DNA of 48,251 nt from positions 1 to 48,251 of the forward strand of contig NW_021834146.1 of the NCBI RefSeq assembly GCF_006345805.1, written 5' to 3'. The notes beneath the pieces are model-generated. The model ran no database searches. It worked only from the letters and a program-made list of their open reading frames with translations, and was not told the DNA's origin. Source of the stretch: Octopus sinensis. Its lineage: Eukaryota. Shown piece after piece: positions 1 to 10,893 of this stretch (its first letter is position 1; every line of letters starts with the position of its first letter). The position numbers and the translations under genes were made by a program.

Positions 1-1080
1 GGTAGGTAGGTAGGTAGGTAGGTAGGTAGGTAGGTAGGTAGGTAGGTAGTAGGTAGGTAGGTAAGTAGGTAGGTAGTAGGTAGGTAGGTAGGTAGGTAAG
101 TAGGTAGGTAGGTAGGTAGGTAGGTAGGTAAGTAGGTAGGTAGGTAGGTAGGTAGGTAGGTAGGTAGTAGGTAGGTAGGTAGGGTAGGTAGGTAGGTAGG
201 TAGGTGACCATATATATATATATATGTAGGTAGGTAGGTAGGTAGGTAGGTAGGTAAGTAGGTAGGTAGGTAGGTAGGTAGGTAGGTAGGTAGGTAGGTA
301 GGTACGTAGGTAGGTAGGTAGGTAGGTAGGTAGGTAGGTAGGTAAGTAGGTAGGTAGGTAGGTAGGTAGGTAAGTAGGTAGGTAGGTAGGTAGGTAGGTA
401 GGTAAGTAGGTAGGTAGGTAGGTAGGTAGGTATGTAGGTAGGTAGGTAGATAGGTAGGTAAGTAGGTAGGTAGGTAGGTAGGTAGGTATGTAGGTAGGTG
501 ACCATATATATATATATGTAGGTAGGTAGGTAGGTAGGTAGGTAGGTAAGTAGGTAGGTAGGTAGGTAGGTAGGTAGGTAGGTAGGTACGTAGGTAGGTA
601 GGTAGGTAGGTAAGTAGGTAGGTAGGTAGGTAGGTAGTAGGTAGGTAAGTAGGTAGGTAGTAGGTAGGTAGGTAGGTAGGTAAGTAGGTAGGTAGGTAGG
701 TAGGTAGTATTAGTAGGTAGGTAGGTAGGTAGGTAGGTAGGTAAGTAGGTAGGTAGGTAGGTAGGTAGGTAGGTAAATAGGTAGGTAGGTAGGTAGGTAG
801 GTAGGTAAGTAGGTAGGTGGTAGGTAGGTATGTATGTAGGTAGGTAGGTAGGTAGGTAGGTAAGTAGGTAGGTAGGTAGGTAGGTAAGTAGGTAGGTAGG
901 TAGGTAGGTAGGTAGGTAGGTAAATAGCTAGGTAGGTAGGTAGGTAGGTAGGTAAGTATGTAGGTAGGTAGGTAGGTAGGTAGGTAAGTAGGTAGGTAGG
1001 TAGGTAAGTAGGTAAGTAGGTAGGTAGGTAAGTAGGTAGGTAGGTAAGTAGGTAAGTAGGTAGGTAGGTATGTAGGTGAC
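1..1080. repeat. (GGTA)n tetranucleotide microsatellite
   Basis: Near-continuous GGTA array with GTAA/GTAT variants and two embedded GTGACC(AT)n blocks. ORF 710..1150 is an artefact of it. Confidence 0.98.
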
Positions 1081-1118
1081 TAGATAGATAGATAAATCGA
1101 TCGATAGATAGATAGATA
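1081..1118. repeat. (GATA)n microsatellite at the 3' end of the Tx1-like element
   Basis: tagatagatagata... directly visible. Confidence 0.9.
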
Positions 1119-3734
1119 TGTTTCTTTATTAGCCACACAGGGCTGCACACAGATAGAACAAATTACAAGGTAGAGCTTTTCTTTTGAAGGTATTAAAAAA
1201 AAAAAAAATAAAAAATAAATAAATAAATAAAAAGGAAGGGGGAGGTTCGATCAAAAGGGATCGTAAAAGGAGAGAAAGAGGACAAAAATAAGGGGGTTAA
1301 AAAAAAAAAAAAAAAAGGGGGGGAGAGGAAAAAAAAATGATCAATAGGGATCGTTATCACAGAAATGTCAATATGAAGTGTAAAGGGGAGGACAGGTGAG
1401 GTTTACCCGTGGAAAGAAAAGCCTGCGGAAAAGACCACGGTAACCTCGGTCAATGAAGTCACATTTTATATTTCTTTTTTTTTTTTTTTTTTTTTGCAAA
1501 TAAGCAACTCTCTGTTTTCGATTTCTGGGTTCATAGGACTATGCTCAAGGTGGCTTCGTCATTCATACGTGCCATTCTTGCTACATTCACCCATCTTTTT
1601 TTAAAACATTCGCTAGACAAAACTTGCCTCTCTACTCTCACTTTCCTTTTCAAGTGGTACTTGAAGAAGTTGATGAGAGATTGACCAGAGAGGAAAGTGT
1701 TTGTCTCCAATCCTTTCAGACGCGTCCACCAGATACATTCTTTCGCCATAGCCACAAGGATGATGAAAATAGCTCTTCCTTCCCGTTTGAAGGAAGGAGG
1801 CGTGACAATATTGACGATAGACTCAGCTGATAACCGACTCGTCCCACACGTGACAGCAGTTGTTCGACATAAGCCCACAGGTCGGAAATTGTTGGACACT
1901 GAACGAGTGCGTGCAGAACGGTTTCGTTGCTCTGACCGCATCTCGGGCAGGTCGGCCCCGTGTTTCTCGAGCCGTGTCTGTAGAGCTTATCCCGAACGGG
2001 TAGCGCTTCTCGGTAGCACTGCCAGGCCAGGGATCTCTGGAAGTTGTCCATGGGCCCTGGCCCGAAAGTCGTCCCGAACAGGCGGGTCAGGTACTCCTCG
2101 TCGACGTCCAGGTTCGCCCCGAGCTCGTCGTCGTACCTCCCCTCCACTAAACCCCTATAGAATGCTTTGGTTGTGTTGAAGTCACTTAAGGTCGACCCAG
2201 GACGGCAGAGTTGCTTGAGAGCAACGCGACACTCGCGGTGCCATTCGCCCTTCCTCGGCCTCTTTTTGATCCACGACTGCAGTTCGGTCATGGAGACGAG
2301 CTGCGGAAAGCGTGCCTCACAAACGGCGACCACACCTGTTCACCGTCGTCTACATAGAGCCAGAGATGTCGCAGTCTCAGCGCGTGTCTGCGCATCATCA
2401 ACCACGGCATGCCCAGCCCTCCTTTTAACGGTGTTTGACAGCAAATGGATCGCCTGACCATCGGGACGCATCCTTTCCACAAGAAGCGAAAGAGGATGCG
2501 TTGTAGTTTGGTGATGGTAGGGTCGGGACAAGGTACGACGGTCAGGCGGTAGTAGATGACGGACGCGATGTACGTGTTCGCCACCTCCGCTCGACCTTTT
2601 AGGGACAGTTTCCTCTCGGCCCATTGCCGGGCGAGAGTGACCACCCTACTCGTTATCTCGTTCCAGTTCTTCTCCACTTGGAGGTCCGGACCAAACCAGA
2701 CCCCGAGCAACTCAACCGGGCCGTCGGTCCAGCGTCCCACGACGGAGGCGCTGGTGGACGGCATGGGCTTGCTTCTCTCAGGTGCCTAGTCGCAAGCCCA
2801 CTGACTTTTCCCGGTTGATTTTCGCTCCTGTCACCGCTTCGTAGTTTTTCAGTGTCTCGCCGACCAGCTCGATGTGCTCGTGGCTAGACACTATGACGGT
2901 GACGTCGTCCGCGTATGCAGACACGCTCGTCCCGCATCCCAATTCTCGCGGGATGCCCCTTAGAGTCGCCAGCTTCCGCAGTAGTGGCTCAAGAGTCAAT
3001 ACGTATAGAAGCGCCGAGAGGGGGCATCCCTGACGGACCGAACGTGCAATGTCGAAAGGTCTCGATAGATGTCCATTTACGCGAATTACCGAACGGATGC
3101 CTCTGTACAAGGCAGCTATCCAGCCGCGAAGACGGGACCGAAACCAGCCGCTCTCAGGACTGCCTCCAAGTATCGATGGTCTACCCTATCAAAGGCTTTT
3201 GATTGATCCAAGTTGATCAGGGCCCCACCCATGCCAGGTTCGTTAACTACCCTGTCTATGATGTAGCGCATCAGATGGAGGTTGTCATGGATGGTCCGGC
3301 CTGGCACGGCGCATGTTTGCGCCTTGTCGACCAGTTTCTCGATGACAAGCGCCAACCTCTTGGCTAGCCCTTGGCCAAAATTTTCAAGTCTGCATTAAGC
3401 AGAGTGATGGGCCTAAAGTTATCTATTACTTTCCCTTGTTTAGATCTTTCTTCAGCAGTGTTACGGCTCCTCGGCTCACAAAACCAGGAATGCTCCCGTT
3501 TTGCTGCCAGTTGCAGTACACCGCCGCCAAGAGATCTCCAAACAAGTCTGGCATACAATTGTAAAGCTCGTAGGGTAGACCATCCAAACCCGGTGATTTG
3601 TCCCTCGAGCATTCTGCCATCGCTTCCCGCACTTCCGCCGCCGTGATGGCACCTTCGCAGCACCCTGCCTTTCTTGTCGAGAGTCGTGGTAGGCTATGTA
3701 GGTAGGCACTGAAGTCCACCCTACGTTCTTGCCC

Positions 3735-3735
<1 letters not shown>
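1119..3735 (-). mobile_element. L1/Tx1-clade non-LTR retrotransposon, 5'-truncated, frameshifted ORF2
   Basis: RT motifs KSPGLDGLP, NFRPITLLNADLKILAK, LDQSKAFDRV, SVRQGCPLS and YADD, plus C-terminal CPRC...HALVQC, are spread over several frames. ORF2 ends at 1531 and the 3' UTR runs to about 1119. Confidence 0.9.
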
Positions 3736-3775
<40 letters not shown>

Positions 3776-3805
3776 TGTATACAGACAGACAGGTAGATAG
3801 ATACA
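3736..3805. repeat. (GATA)n microsatellite at the 5' junction of the Tx1-like element
   Basis: Directly visible. Confidence 0.9.
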
Positions 3806-3921
3806 TGCATAGACATCTTGTCTTACTTTACATAACAATAAACGTAATTATATTCCATTTTAATGTATTTTATGAATTTGGCTGTTTAGAACAAGAGAGT
3901 AATCATGAGAACTTTTGGTAC

Positions 3922-4093
3922 CATAGTTTTTTCTTTTGCATCATTAGTTCCATAGGAAACACCATAGAAAAGACCATCGAATGTGTCCGGATTCACTTTG
4001 GAAATACCAATACCAAGATTAGAATAGATAGCTGTGACTTGCTGCTCCTCCAGTGGAATCTTTTCTGTGATTTCTTGTATAAGATCCAGCAAT
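3922..4093 (-). CDS. Exon, GAIN-like region (LLDLIQEITEKIPLEEQQVTAIYSNLGIGISKVNPDTFDGLFYGVSYGTNDAKEKTM)
   Basis: Acceptor ttttctcacag and donor ATG|gtacca. 172 nt, phase 2-0. Joins exon 5292-5064 in frame (AG+A = Arg). Confidence 0.85.
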
Positions 4094-4307
4094 CTGTGAG
4101 AAAATCAAGAAAACGACTTTCCATTAACAATGTGTTTCGAATACGTAATTAGCTTTAGGTGTAATTACACTAATTATTTCGCTTAACAAATTTTTGAATG
4201 CTACTCTTGCTTCTATTTCTTCTGTTGTTTCTAGCTTAGCATTGAAGCAGTAACTTTTATTATCTATGCCGCTCCAAATATGACCGCGGGATCTATTGCT
4301 ATTACTT

Positions 4308-4327
4308 TTCTTCTTCTTCTTCTTCTT

Positions 4328-4401
<74 letters not shown>

Positions 4402-4405
4402 GTTA

Positions 4406-4433
<28 letters not shown>
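4308..4433. repeat. (TTC)n/(TTA)n microsatellite
   Basis: Directly visible. Confidence 0.95.
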
Positions 4434-4436
<3 letters not shown>

Positions 4437-4771
4437 TAGTCTTATTTTTATAGTGTGCTTTCACCTCACTACCGAGCGCTTCTCTGTGTGCCTTGGGTAT
4501 GTGCTGTGGTTTGTTGTGATGCTCTGATGGTTACTTTATTCAAAGTGTTTTACGTAGGATGTGTGCAGGGCCTAGTAGTACTATTTTCTGTAAGTATTGT
4601 ATATTTGGTTTTGGTATGTATTTGTCTGAATATTTTTTATCATACCTAATGCGCCTACTATGATAGGAATTGTTTCTGTTTTTAGATTCCACGTTCGAGT
4701 TACCTCTATTTCCAGGTCTTTGTATTTTGAAAGTTTCTCCGTTCCTTTTAGAGACCCGTTGTCATCTACTG

Positions 4772-4773
<2 letters not shown>
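4434..4773 (-). mobile_element. R4/Dong-like LINE 3' fragment with (TAA)n on both sides
   Basis: The reverse complement matches the 3' end of the element at about 31140-31497. Confidence 0.85.
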
Positions 4774-4816
<43 letters not shown>

Positions 4817-4820
4817 ATTA

Positions 4821-4865
<45 letters not shown>

Positions 4866-5063
4866 TATTATTATTATATTATTATTATTTATTATTATTT
4901 ATTTTTATTATCATTATTTTTATTATTATTATTATCATTATTATTATTATTACTATTTTTATTATTATTATTATTATTCTACCACCACCACCACTACTAC
5001 TCCTACTACTACTACTTCTACTACTACTAATACTACTACTATCAAAAGCGATTTGAATATTAC

Positions 5064-5292
5064 CTGTTGGCACTGCTATTCTCTTGTTCTGTCTCGGTCA
5101 GAACCTCCTCTGGTATGTTTAACAAATTGTTGATACTACGAAGAGAGTGGTTCAAAGTTATATTGGCCGACACAGTCGATACAAGTGGCACCATTTTCTC
5201 GTGAAGGTCTACAGCCAATTCAACATCTTCTTTGAAATACACTGGTTTCTGGGATACATCTAAAATCTCCTCCAAAGTACTGTCGATGTTTC
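5064..5292 (-). CDS. Exon, helical GAIN subdomain A-like (NIDSTLEEILDVSQKPVYFKEDVELAVDLHEKMVPL...TEQENSSAN)
   Basis: Acceptor-like ttttccatttcag at 5293 and donor AACAG|gtaata. 229 nt, phase 1-2. The frame is also open further upstream through the Thr-rich tract, so the true 5' boundary is uncertain. Confidence 0.8.
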
Positions 5293-5339
5293 CTGAAATG
5301 GAAAATTTAACATGAAATTTAAGGGAATTACAGTTGCTC

Positions 5340-5461
5340 TGAGCTGAAATATTAGATGCAAAGGTGTTGGTGGTGTTGGTAGTGGTGGTGGATTTGGTGG
5401 AGGTGGTTGTGATAGTGGTGGTGTTGTGATGTTGGTATTGGTGATGGTGGTGGTGGTAGTG

Positions 5462-5525
<64 letters not shown>

Positions 5526-5860
5526 CAGTAGCAGCAGCAGTTGCTGTTGTAAATAAATAGTTTGGACGTGCTGGATAATTTGAGAACCATGTGCCATGAA
5601 GTGTTAGAAACACATATGGAGAGCGATATACTGTTACGCTATCAAAAATATTTAAAATATCGGACATTTTCGAAAGTTTATCCCCTTTTAGGCAAGCCAT
5701 GCATGACTTTAACACCGATCTATTAATGATTTCGCTCGAAAGTGGTTCACCATGAACTTTCCATGATATAATAGGAAAGAAATACTTTCCGACTGAGATA
5801 TGTGCAAAGTATGGACATGTATAACAGCGACATGCAAGAAGTCGTTGAAAGAGGTAGATG
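5340..5860 (-). CDS. Candidate exon: Cys-containing segment followed by a Thr-rich mucin-like stalk encoded by (ACT/ACC)n
   Basis: Strong acceptor tttcatccttttttaatcag at 5861. The frame is open from 5860 to 5260, but frameshifts are needed to join the neighbouring exons. Confidence 0.45.
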
Positions 5861-6129
5861 CTGATTAAAAAAGGATGAAATGAGTTTGATTTTCTGGATA
5901 AGAAATGCTTAACGTGGGAAAAAATTTGAGCTCGTCATTTATGAGAATGTAACTGAGAATCAAAAGTCTTGGTCACCAGAAATAACAATTTGTAAAGACT
6001 TTTATATTTATATATGACCCATGATACTGATACAGACTCGAATCGCAACTCGCAATTCAAACGTCAACATACTGCCTACCCCTTTATTATATCCCTTTTC
6101 ACTACAATACCAGGAATCCTTCGGAAAAT

Positions 6130-6240
6130 TCCAAGGACCGTGACAGATAAAATTAGCACTAGGCTTTCAAAGAGTAACTCCTGGGATCGATTTCTTTGAC
6201 TAACACTCTTCAAGGTGGTGCTCCAGCGTGGCCACAGTGA
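6130..6240 (-). mobile_element. Degraded SINE 3' part
   Basis: Similar to the body of the SINE at 18704-19128 (gctccagc.tggcc, tcgat...cccagg). Confidence 0.5.
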
Positions 6241-6499
6241 AGTGGCTGTAACAAGTAAAAATGCGTCTGTCAGACCTAAACGCACAATGTAATAGCACGC
6301 CTTTCATGAAAAGTCTGAGGAAGTTCCTCTCCAATGCCTAAAACCGCAAATATTACGTAATTTTGCTTTTAGAAGTTTAGAACTGGCGATGCAAATGGAA
6401 ATGTTACGGAAACATTTGCAACTTATAATTAAAGACTATTAAAGGCTTTTCTTTCTCTTCTTGTTTTCATTGGATTACGATGGACTCTCAGGTCGTTAG

Positions 6500-6693
6500 A
6501 CGACGTATGACGGTTCGACAATTTCTTACCGAACAACGGGAGCCACCCGTCAGATGTCGAAATGACCGTAGAGCAAGGTGAAATGAAATGCGTTGCTCAA
6601 GAACACAACGCCCAACAACAATCGATCTGAGAATCGATACCACGATCTCACAATCGTGAGTGCAACACCCTAATCACTAAGCCATGCGCCTTC
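6500..6693 (-). mobile_element. Degraded tRNA-derived SINE
   Basis: The reverse complement begins tgaaggcgcatggcttagtgattagggtgttgcactc..., a tRNA-like A/B-box head. Confidence 0.6.
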
Positions 6694-6710
6694 ATTGGAT
6701 TATATATATA

Positions 6711-7135
6711 CACTAGCAGTGTCGCCCGGCGTTGCTCAGGTTTGTAAGGGAAATAACTATAAAGCATTTTTAGAGAGTTATAGCCAAAAAATAGCAAAAA
6801 AATGGGAAAAAAATGGGAAAAAAATGGGAAAAAAATGGGAAAAAAATGGGAAAAAAATGATGGTAAATTTTTTTTGAGAGTTAAAAAAGGTGGAGTCCCC
6901 TAGACGGTCTGTGGTTTGGGTTTCTGATTCTCGACCCCATGTCGAATTTATCGATTTTTTTCAGAACTGGGGGAACTTTTCAAAATTTTCGCTGCGTTAG
7001 TTTTGAATATGACATTGGGCTATGTGTGTATCAAGTTTCATCAGAATCGGTTGAAAGCCGTGGTCAGGGTGAGGGTACGAGAAAACAGACACACAGAAAA
7101 CGCACAGACAAACTGCCGTTTATATAGAGAGAGAT
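6711..7135 (+). mobile_element. Non-autonomous Helitron/Helentron-like element (HINE type) with an internal (AAAAAATGGG)n decamer
   Basis: 5' ACTAGC...GCCCGGCGTTGCTC, subterminal AAGTTTCATCAGAATCGG, and 3' ACAGAC repeats followed by TTTATATAGA. This layout is typical of HINE/Lep1-like elements; the call is from recognition, not a database search. Confidence 0.55.
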
Positions 7136-7307
7136 ACTTTGTTCCTCTTGTATATCTCTTAGACATTGGTTAAAGCGTATGAGCTGTGTGTGTATCTATC
7201 GATCCTAATGTAGAAATTAACATGATCACGTCGAACAAAATGAATTTTCACTGAGGAAAATTATTTGCAGCATTAAATAATTTTCTTGTTTGAATTAAAG
7301 AAAGTAC

Positions 7308-7355
7308 TGGAATTGTGTGAATGTTTCTGCCCAGTAGAGTCTGCATCTACTACTT
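7308..7355 (-). CDS. Candidate small exon (VVDADSTGQKHSHNS)
   Basis: Acceptor ttttctccttattttgtatag and a weak donor a|gtactt. 48 nt, phase 1-1. Confidence 0.45.
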
Positions 7356-7709
7356 CTATACAAAATAAGGAGAAAACATTTTTGCCCTCGGTTAATTGGT
7401 ATAATTAAAAAGAAAATGAGCAAAGACAGACAGTTCCGTAGGGACAAGAAACGGAAAAGTACAAAATAAAATGCTGATTTATTGAAGTTATCCAAGCTTT
7501 GAGAAAATGTAAATAAATAGTTGTATGTATGAGAGAGAGGGAGAGTCTGTGTGCGTGCGTGTGATCATGCGCGCGTGTGCGTGCGTGTCCTATGGTATCA
7601 TCCACTGTGGTTGATGATGATGACAACGACGAAGAGGATGGTAATGGTGATTGACGAAGCTAATTATGACGGTAATGGTGATAAAATTAATAAGAAACAC
7701 GATACTTAC

Positions 7710-7826
7710 GTTCATCAGTGAATTTCATGTGGCTTTGCCTAACTCCTATGTTAAGCAATGCCTGGGATTTGTTCAAAACTTGGGAGATATTGCGCCGCAG
7801 TTGACTTTCAGTCATTTCGCTAAATA
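7710..7826 (-). CDS. Exon (FSEMTESQLRRNISQVLNKSQALLNIGVRQSHMKFTDE), possibly part of a SEA-like module
   Basis: Acceptor tactgtacag and donor c|gtaagt. 117 nt, phase 1-1, no stops. Confidence 0.7.
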
Positions 7827-7996
7827 CTGTACAGTAAATATCAAATATTTTAATTCTGTTTGAGCTGAAATAAAAATAAATACATACATGTATGTCGGTA
7901 TGTATATGTGTATGTAGATAGCTAGCTAGCTAGCTAGATAGATAGCTAGATAGATGGAAGCATACATACATTGATATATATATAATTATATATATA

Positions 7997-8033
<37 letters not shown>

Positions 8034-8064
8034 TAAGAATTTGTTTGGTAAAGCACGTGGGTGA

Positions 8065-9505
8065 ATATATAAGAAAATAGTAAAGTGTGAAAAACGACAG
8101 AAGGCTTAAATGTTAAAAAATATATATATTTGTGTCAAAATGTCTGGAGAATATTGGAAAAATTTTTTTTCCCTTTCCTTAAAATGACATATTTTAAAAT
8201 TTTTAAAGAAATTACCGGTTTCGCGTGTAGCTTTTCAAATTTCTTGTGACGTTATGTTTATATTGCATGGAATTATCGTTGTTTTTATTTCCAGGAGATT
8301 TCTAAATAAGGGAGGTAGTGAGTGATTTTTTCCGGTGTAGGGGAGATAATCGCTTAAAAATTTTTTTTCCCTTTCCCTTCAACCTTGCAAGAAGGATATG
8401 CACAATAATGTCAGAACAAAATACCAGGAACTTTAGACTGCAAGAACTAAAAAACACCCTAATTGACAGACATTACCCAGCTCAACTCATAGAGGATGGG
8501 ATCAGACGTGCAACAGAAATCAACATAGAAACTTTAAGAAAAGTTCAACACAACAACACACCTTCCCCGAAAATACTACCTTACATATCTACATACAACC
8601 CCAAAAACAAAGAAGCCTTCACCATCATCACCCAGAATTTACCAATACTTCATAAAAACCCAAATTAAAGGAAATTCTAAACATACACCAAATCATTAAA
8701 AGCTACAAACAGCCTAAATCACTTAAAAAGATTCTCACAAAGGCAAAATTGTCTTCTAAAATTACGGATGCAAAAGTAAAAAAATGTGGTAGATCGAACT
8801 GTGCAACATGCCCTAACCTATTGGAAGGATCAGAATCTTCTTTAAAGAGGGACAGAAATTTAAGATCAAATCTAACTTACTTGTGCCTCTGAAAACATAA
8901 TTTATGTTATTAAATGCTCGGGCTGCCACCAAGACTACGTGGGTTCCACGGGACTGTCACTCAGGCGCAGATGCACACTGAATCGACAACAGATTGCATT
9001 CCCAGAATATAGAATGATACCTTTTAGTGAGCACATTGAGAAATGCGCAAAGCAACTACTGCCACAATTTTTAATCTTCCCATTTTACCAATGTGCTTTC
9101 GGATCATCAACACAAATGAGACTGAACAAGGAAACATTCTTCATTGAAAAGTACAAACCCAGACTCAACCATCCGAACATACTGACACAGAGAAATTAAC
9201 AAGGAAAAGGGAAAAAAAATTTTAAGCGATTATCTCCCCTACACCGGAAAAAATCACTCACTACCTCCCCTTATTTAGAAATCTCCTGGAAATAAAAACA
9301 ACGATTATTCCATGCAATATAAACATAACGTCACAAGAAATTTGAAAAGCTACACGCGAAACCGGTAATTTCTTTAAAATTTTAAAATTATGTCATTTTA
9401 AGGAAAGAGAAAAAAAATTTACAATATTCTCCAGACATTTTGACACAAATATATATATTTTTTAACATTTAAGCCTTCTGTCGTTTTTTCACACTTTACT
9501 ATTTT

Positions 9506-9510
<5 letters not shown>
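8065..9510 (+). mobile_element. Penelope-like element 3' part (GIY-YIG endonuclease) bracketed by about 310-bp inverted arms
   Basis: IIYVIKCSGCHQDYVGSTG...FFIEKYKPRLN is a GIY-YIG motif. Segment 8065-8379 is the reverse complement of about 9200-9510. Confidence 0.85.
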
Positions 9511-9538
<28 letters not shown>

Positions 9539-9570
9539 TTTATTTAAAGCAGCAGAAAATTCAACAAAAT

Positions 9571-9608
9571 CTGTTACTTTGAGTTTCTCGTTGCCGTTCA
9601 TCAGACAG
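9571..9608 (-). ncRNA. Type I hammerhead ribozyme motif (minimal, Penelope-associated)
   Basis: Minus strand CTGT-CTGATGA-A-CG GCAA CG-A-GAA-ACT CAA AGT-A-ACAG. Stem I is CTGT/ACAG, both core boxes are present, and the cleavage triplet is GUA. Stem II is weak. Confidence 0.6.
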
Positions 9609-9633
9609 TTTTTGCTAGAATATATATATATAT

Positions 9634-9845
9634 TCAAAATGTGACCTCGTGTGTACCGTTGGCGATTTTTTTCCTCCGTCTTCCCTTCTCTGGAACTTTC
9701 CTTTTCCTATGTTTCTGACGAAGAGCTCCGCTCGAAACGTAAAACCCTCCTTCCCTTCCTTCCTGAACCTCCAATAATAATATATTTGTTCCAGGTCCTC
9801 GCGTTGTTGTGTCTTCTCTTTGTCTTTTCATGTTTGGATTAACTT
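9634..9845 (+). mobile_element. Short (TA)n-flanked interspersed element (Penelope pLTR/retrozyme-like)
   Basis: Contains a hammerhead motif, and a second copy lies at 13504-13681 on the minus strand. Confidence 0.6.
9711..9745 (+). ncRNA. Type I hammerhead ribozyme motif with palindromic helix III
   Basis: GTTT-CTGACGA-A-GAGC TCC GCTC-GAA-ACGT-A-AAAC. Stem I is GTTT/AAAC, stem II is GAGC/GCTC, helix III is the palindrome ACGT, and the cleavage triplet is GUA. Confidence 0.7.
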
Positions 9846-9861
9846 TATATATATATATATA

Positions 9862-9916
<55 letters not shown>

Positions 9917-10315
9917 TCGTTTAAAAGCCGCCCTGTCGAAACCTTCGGCCCAACAATGACACTTCATGCATTGAGTAGATATTAAATCTTTTTCAACTTG
10001 ACCGATATTTTTCAAGCAATGAAACAACTTATTGCAAAGTTGCAGGATAAAAAACATCTTTTGTCTTCCCGTTCAGGGGTCAATGCAATATTTTCTGTCT
10101 AACCTCCTTCTTTCTCTCTCTCCCTCTTTCTCCTTCTGTTGACTATCACCAGCGCCACCACCGTTGCCACCTCAACTGCCATACACACATCATTCAGACT
10201 TCTGACGCCACCACCATCAATATATTTGACTGCGTCACTTTCTCCTCCACCACCATCACTACAGTCTTTCACATCGCTTTCTTTCACTGACTGCCCCGGC
10301 TACCGCCACCACCAC

Positions 10316-10390
10316 CATAGAGATAGATAAATAGAAAGATAGGTAGATAGATAGATATAGACCAACAGACAGACAGACAGACAGATAGAT

Positions 10391-10451
<61 letters not shown>

Positions 10452-10505
10452 GGGATAGATAGATAGACAGACAGACAGACAGGATAGACAGACAGACAGA
10501 CAGAC

Positions 10506-10574
<69 letters not shown>

Positions 10575-10634
10575 GAGGGATAGATAGATAGACAGACAGA
10601 CAGACAGGATAGACAGACAGACAGACAGACAGAC

Positions 10635-10700
<66 letters not shown>
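10316..10700. repeat. (GATA)n/(GACA)n compound microsatellite
   Basis: Directly visible. Confidence 0.97.
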
Positions 10701-10701
<1 letters not shown>

Positions 10702-10770
10702 GAAAGGGATGTGGAGGGATTTCTTTTGAATTTGAAATGTGTTTTACCATTTATTTAGTTAGTTCTTTAC

Positions 10771-10893
10771 CATTGTATAGCCACCGGCATGAGACATGAG
10801 TTCAAGTGTGGTGGCCTCTTTTAGGTTGGGGAAAATAATGAAAAACAGGATGCGGTGTGGTCATCACTAAAACGATAGTATTCAGTATGTCAG
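10771..10893 (-). CDS. Candidate exon with one in-frame TGA (DILNTIVLVMTTPHPVFHYFPQPKRGHHT*THVSCRWLYN)
   Basis: Acceptor cctgcag and donor g|gtaaag. 123 nt, phase 1-1, with TGA at 10804-10802. Confidence 0.4.

Noticed and set aside
710-1150. 146-aa LPTY-repeat ORF
   Set aside because: Translation of (GGTA)n.
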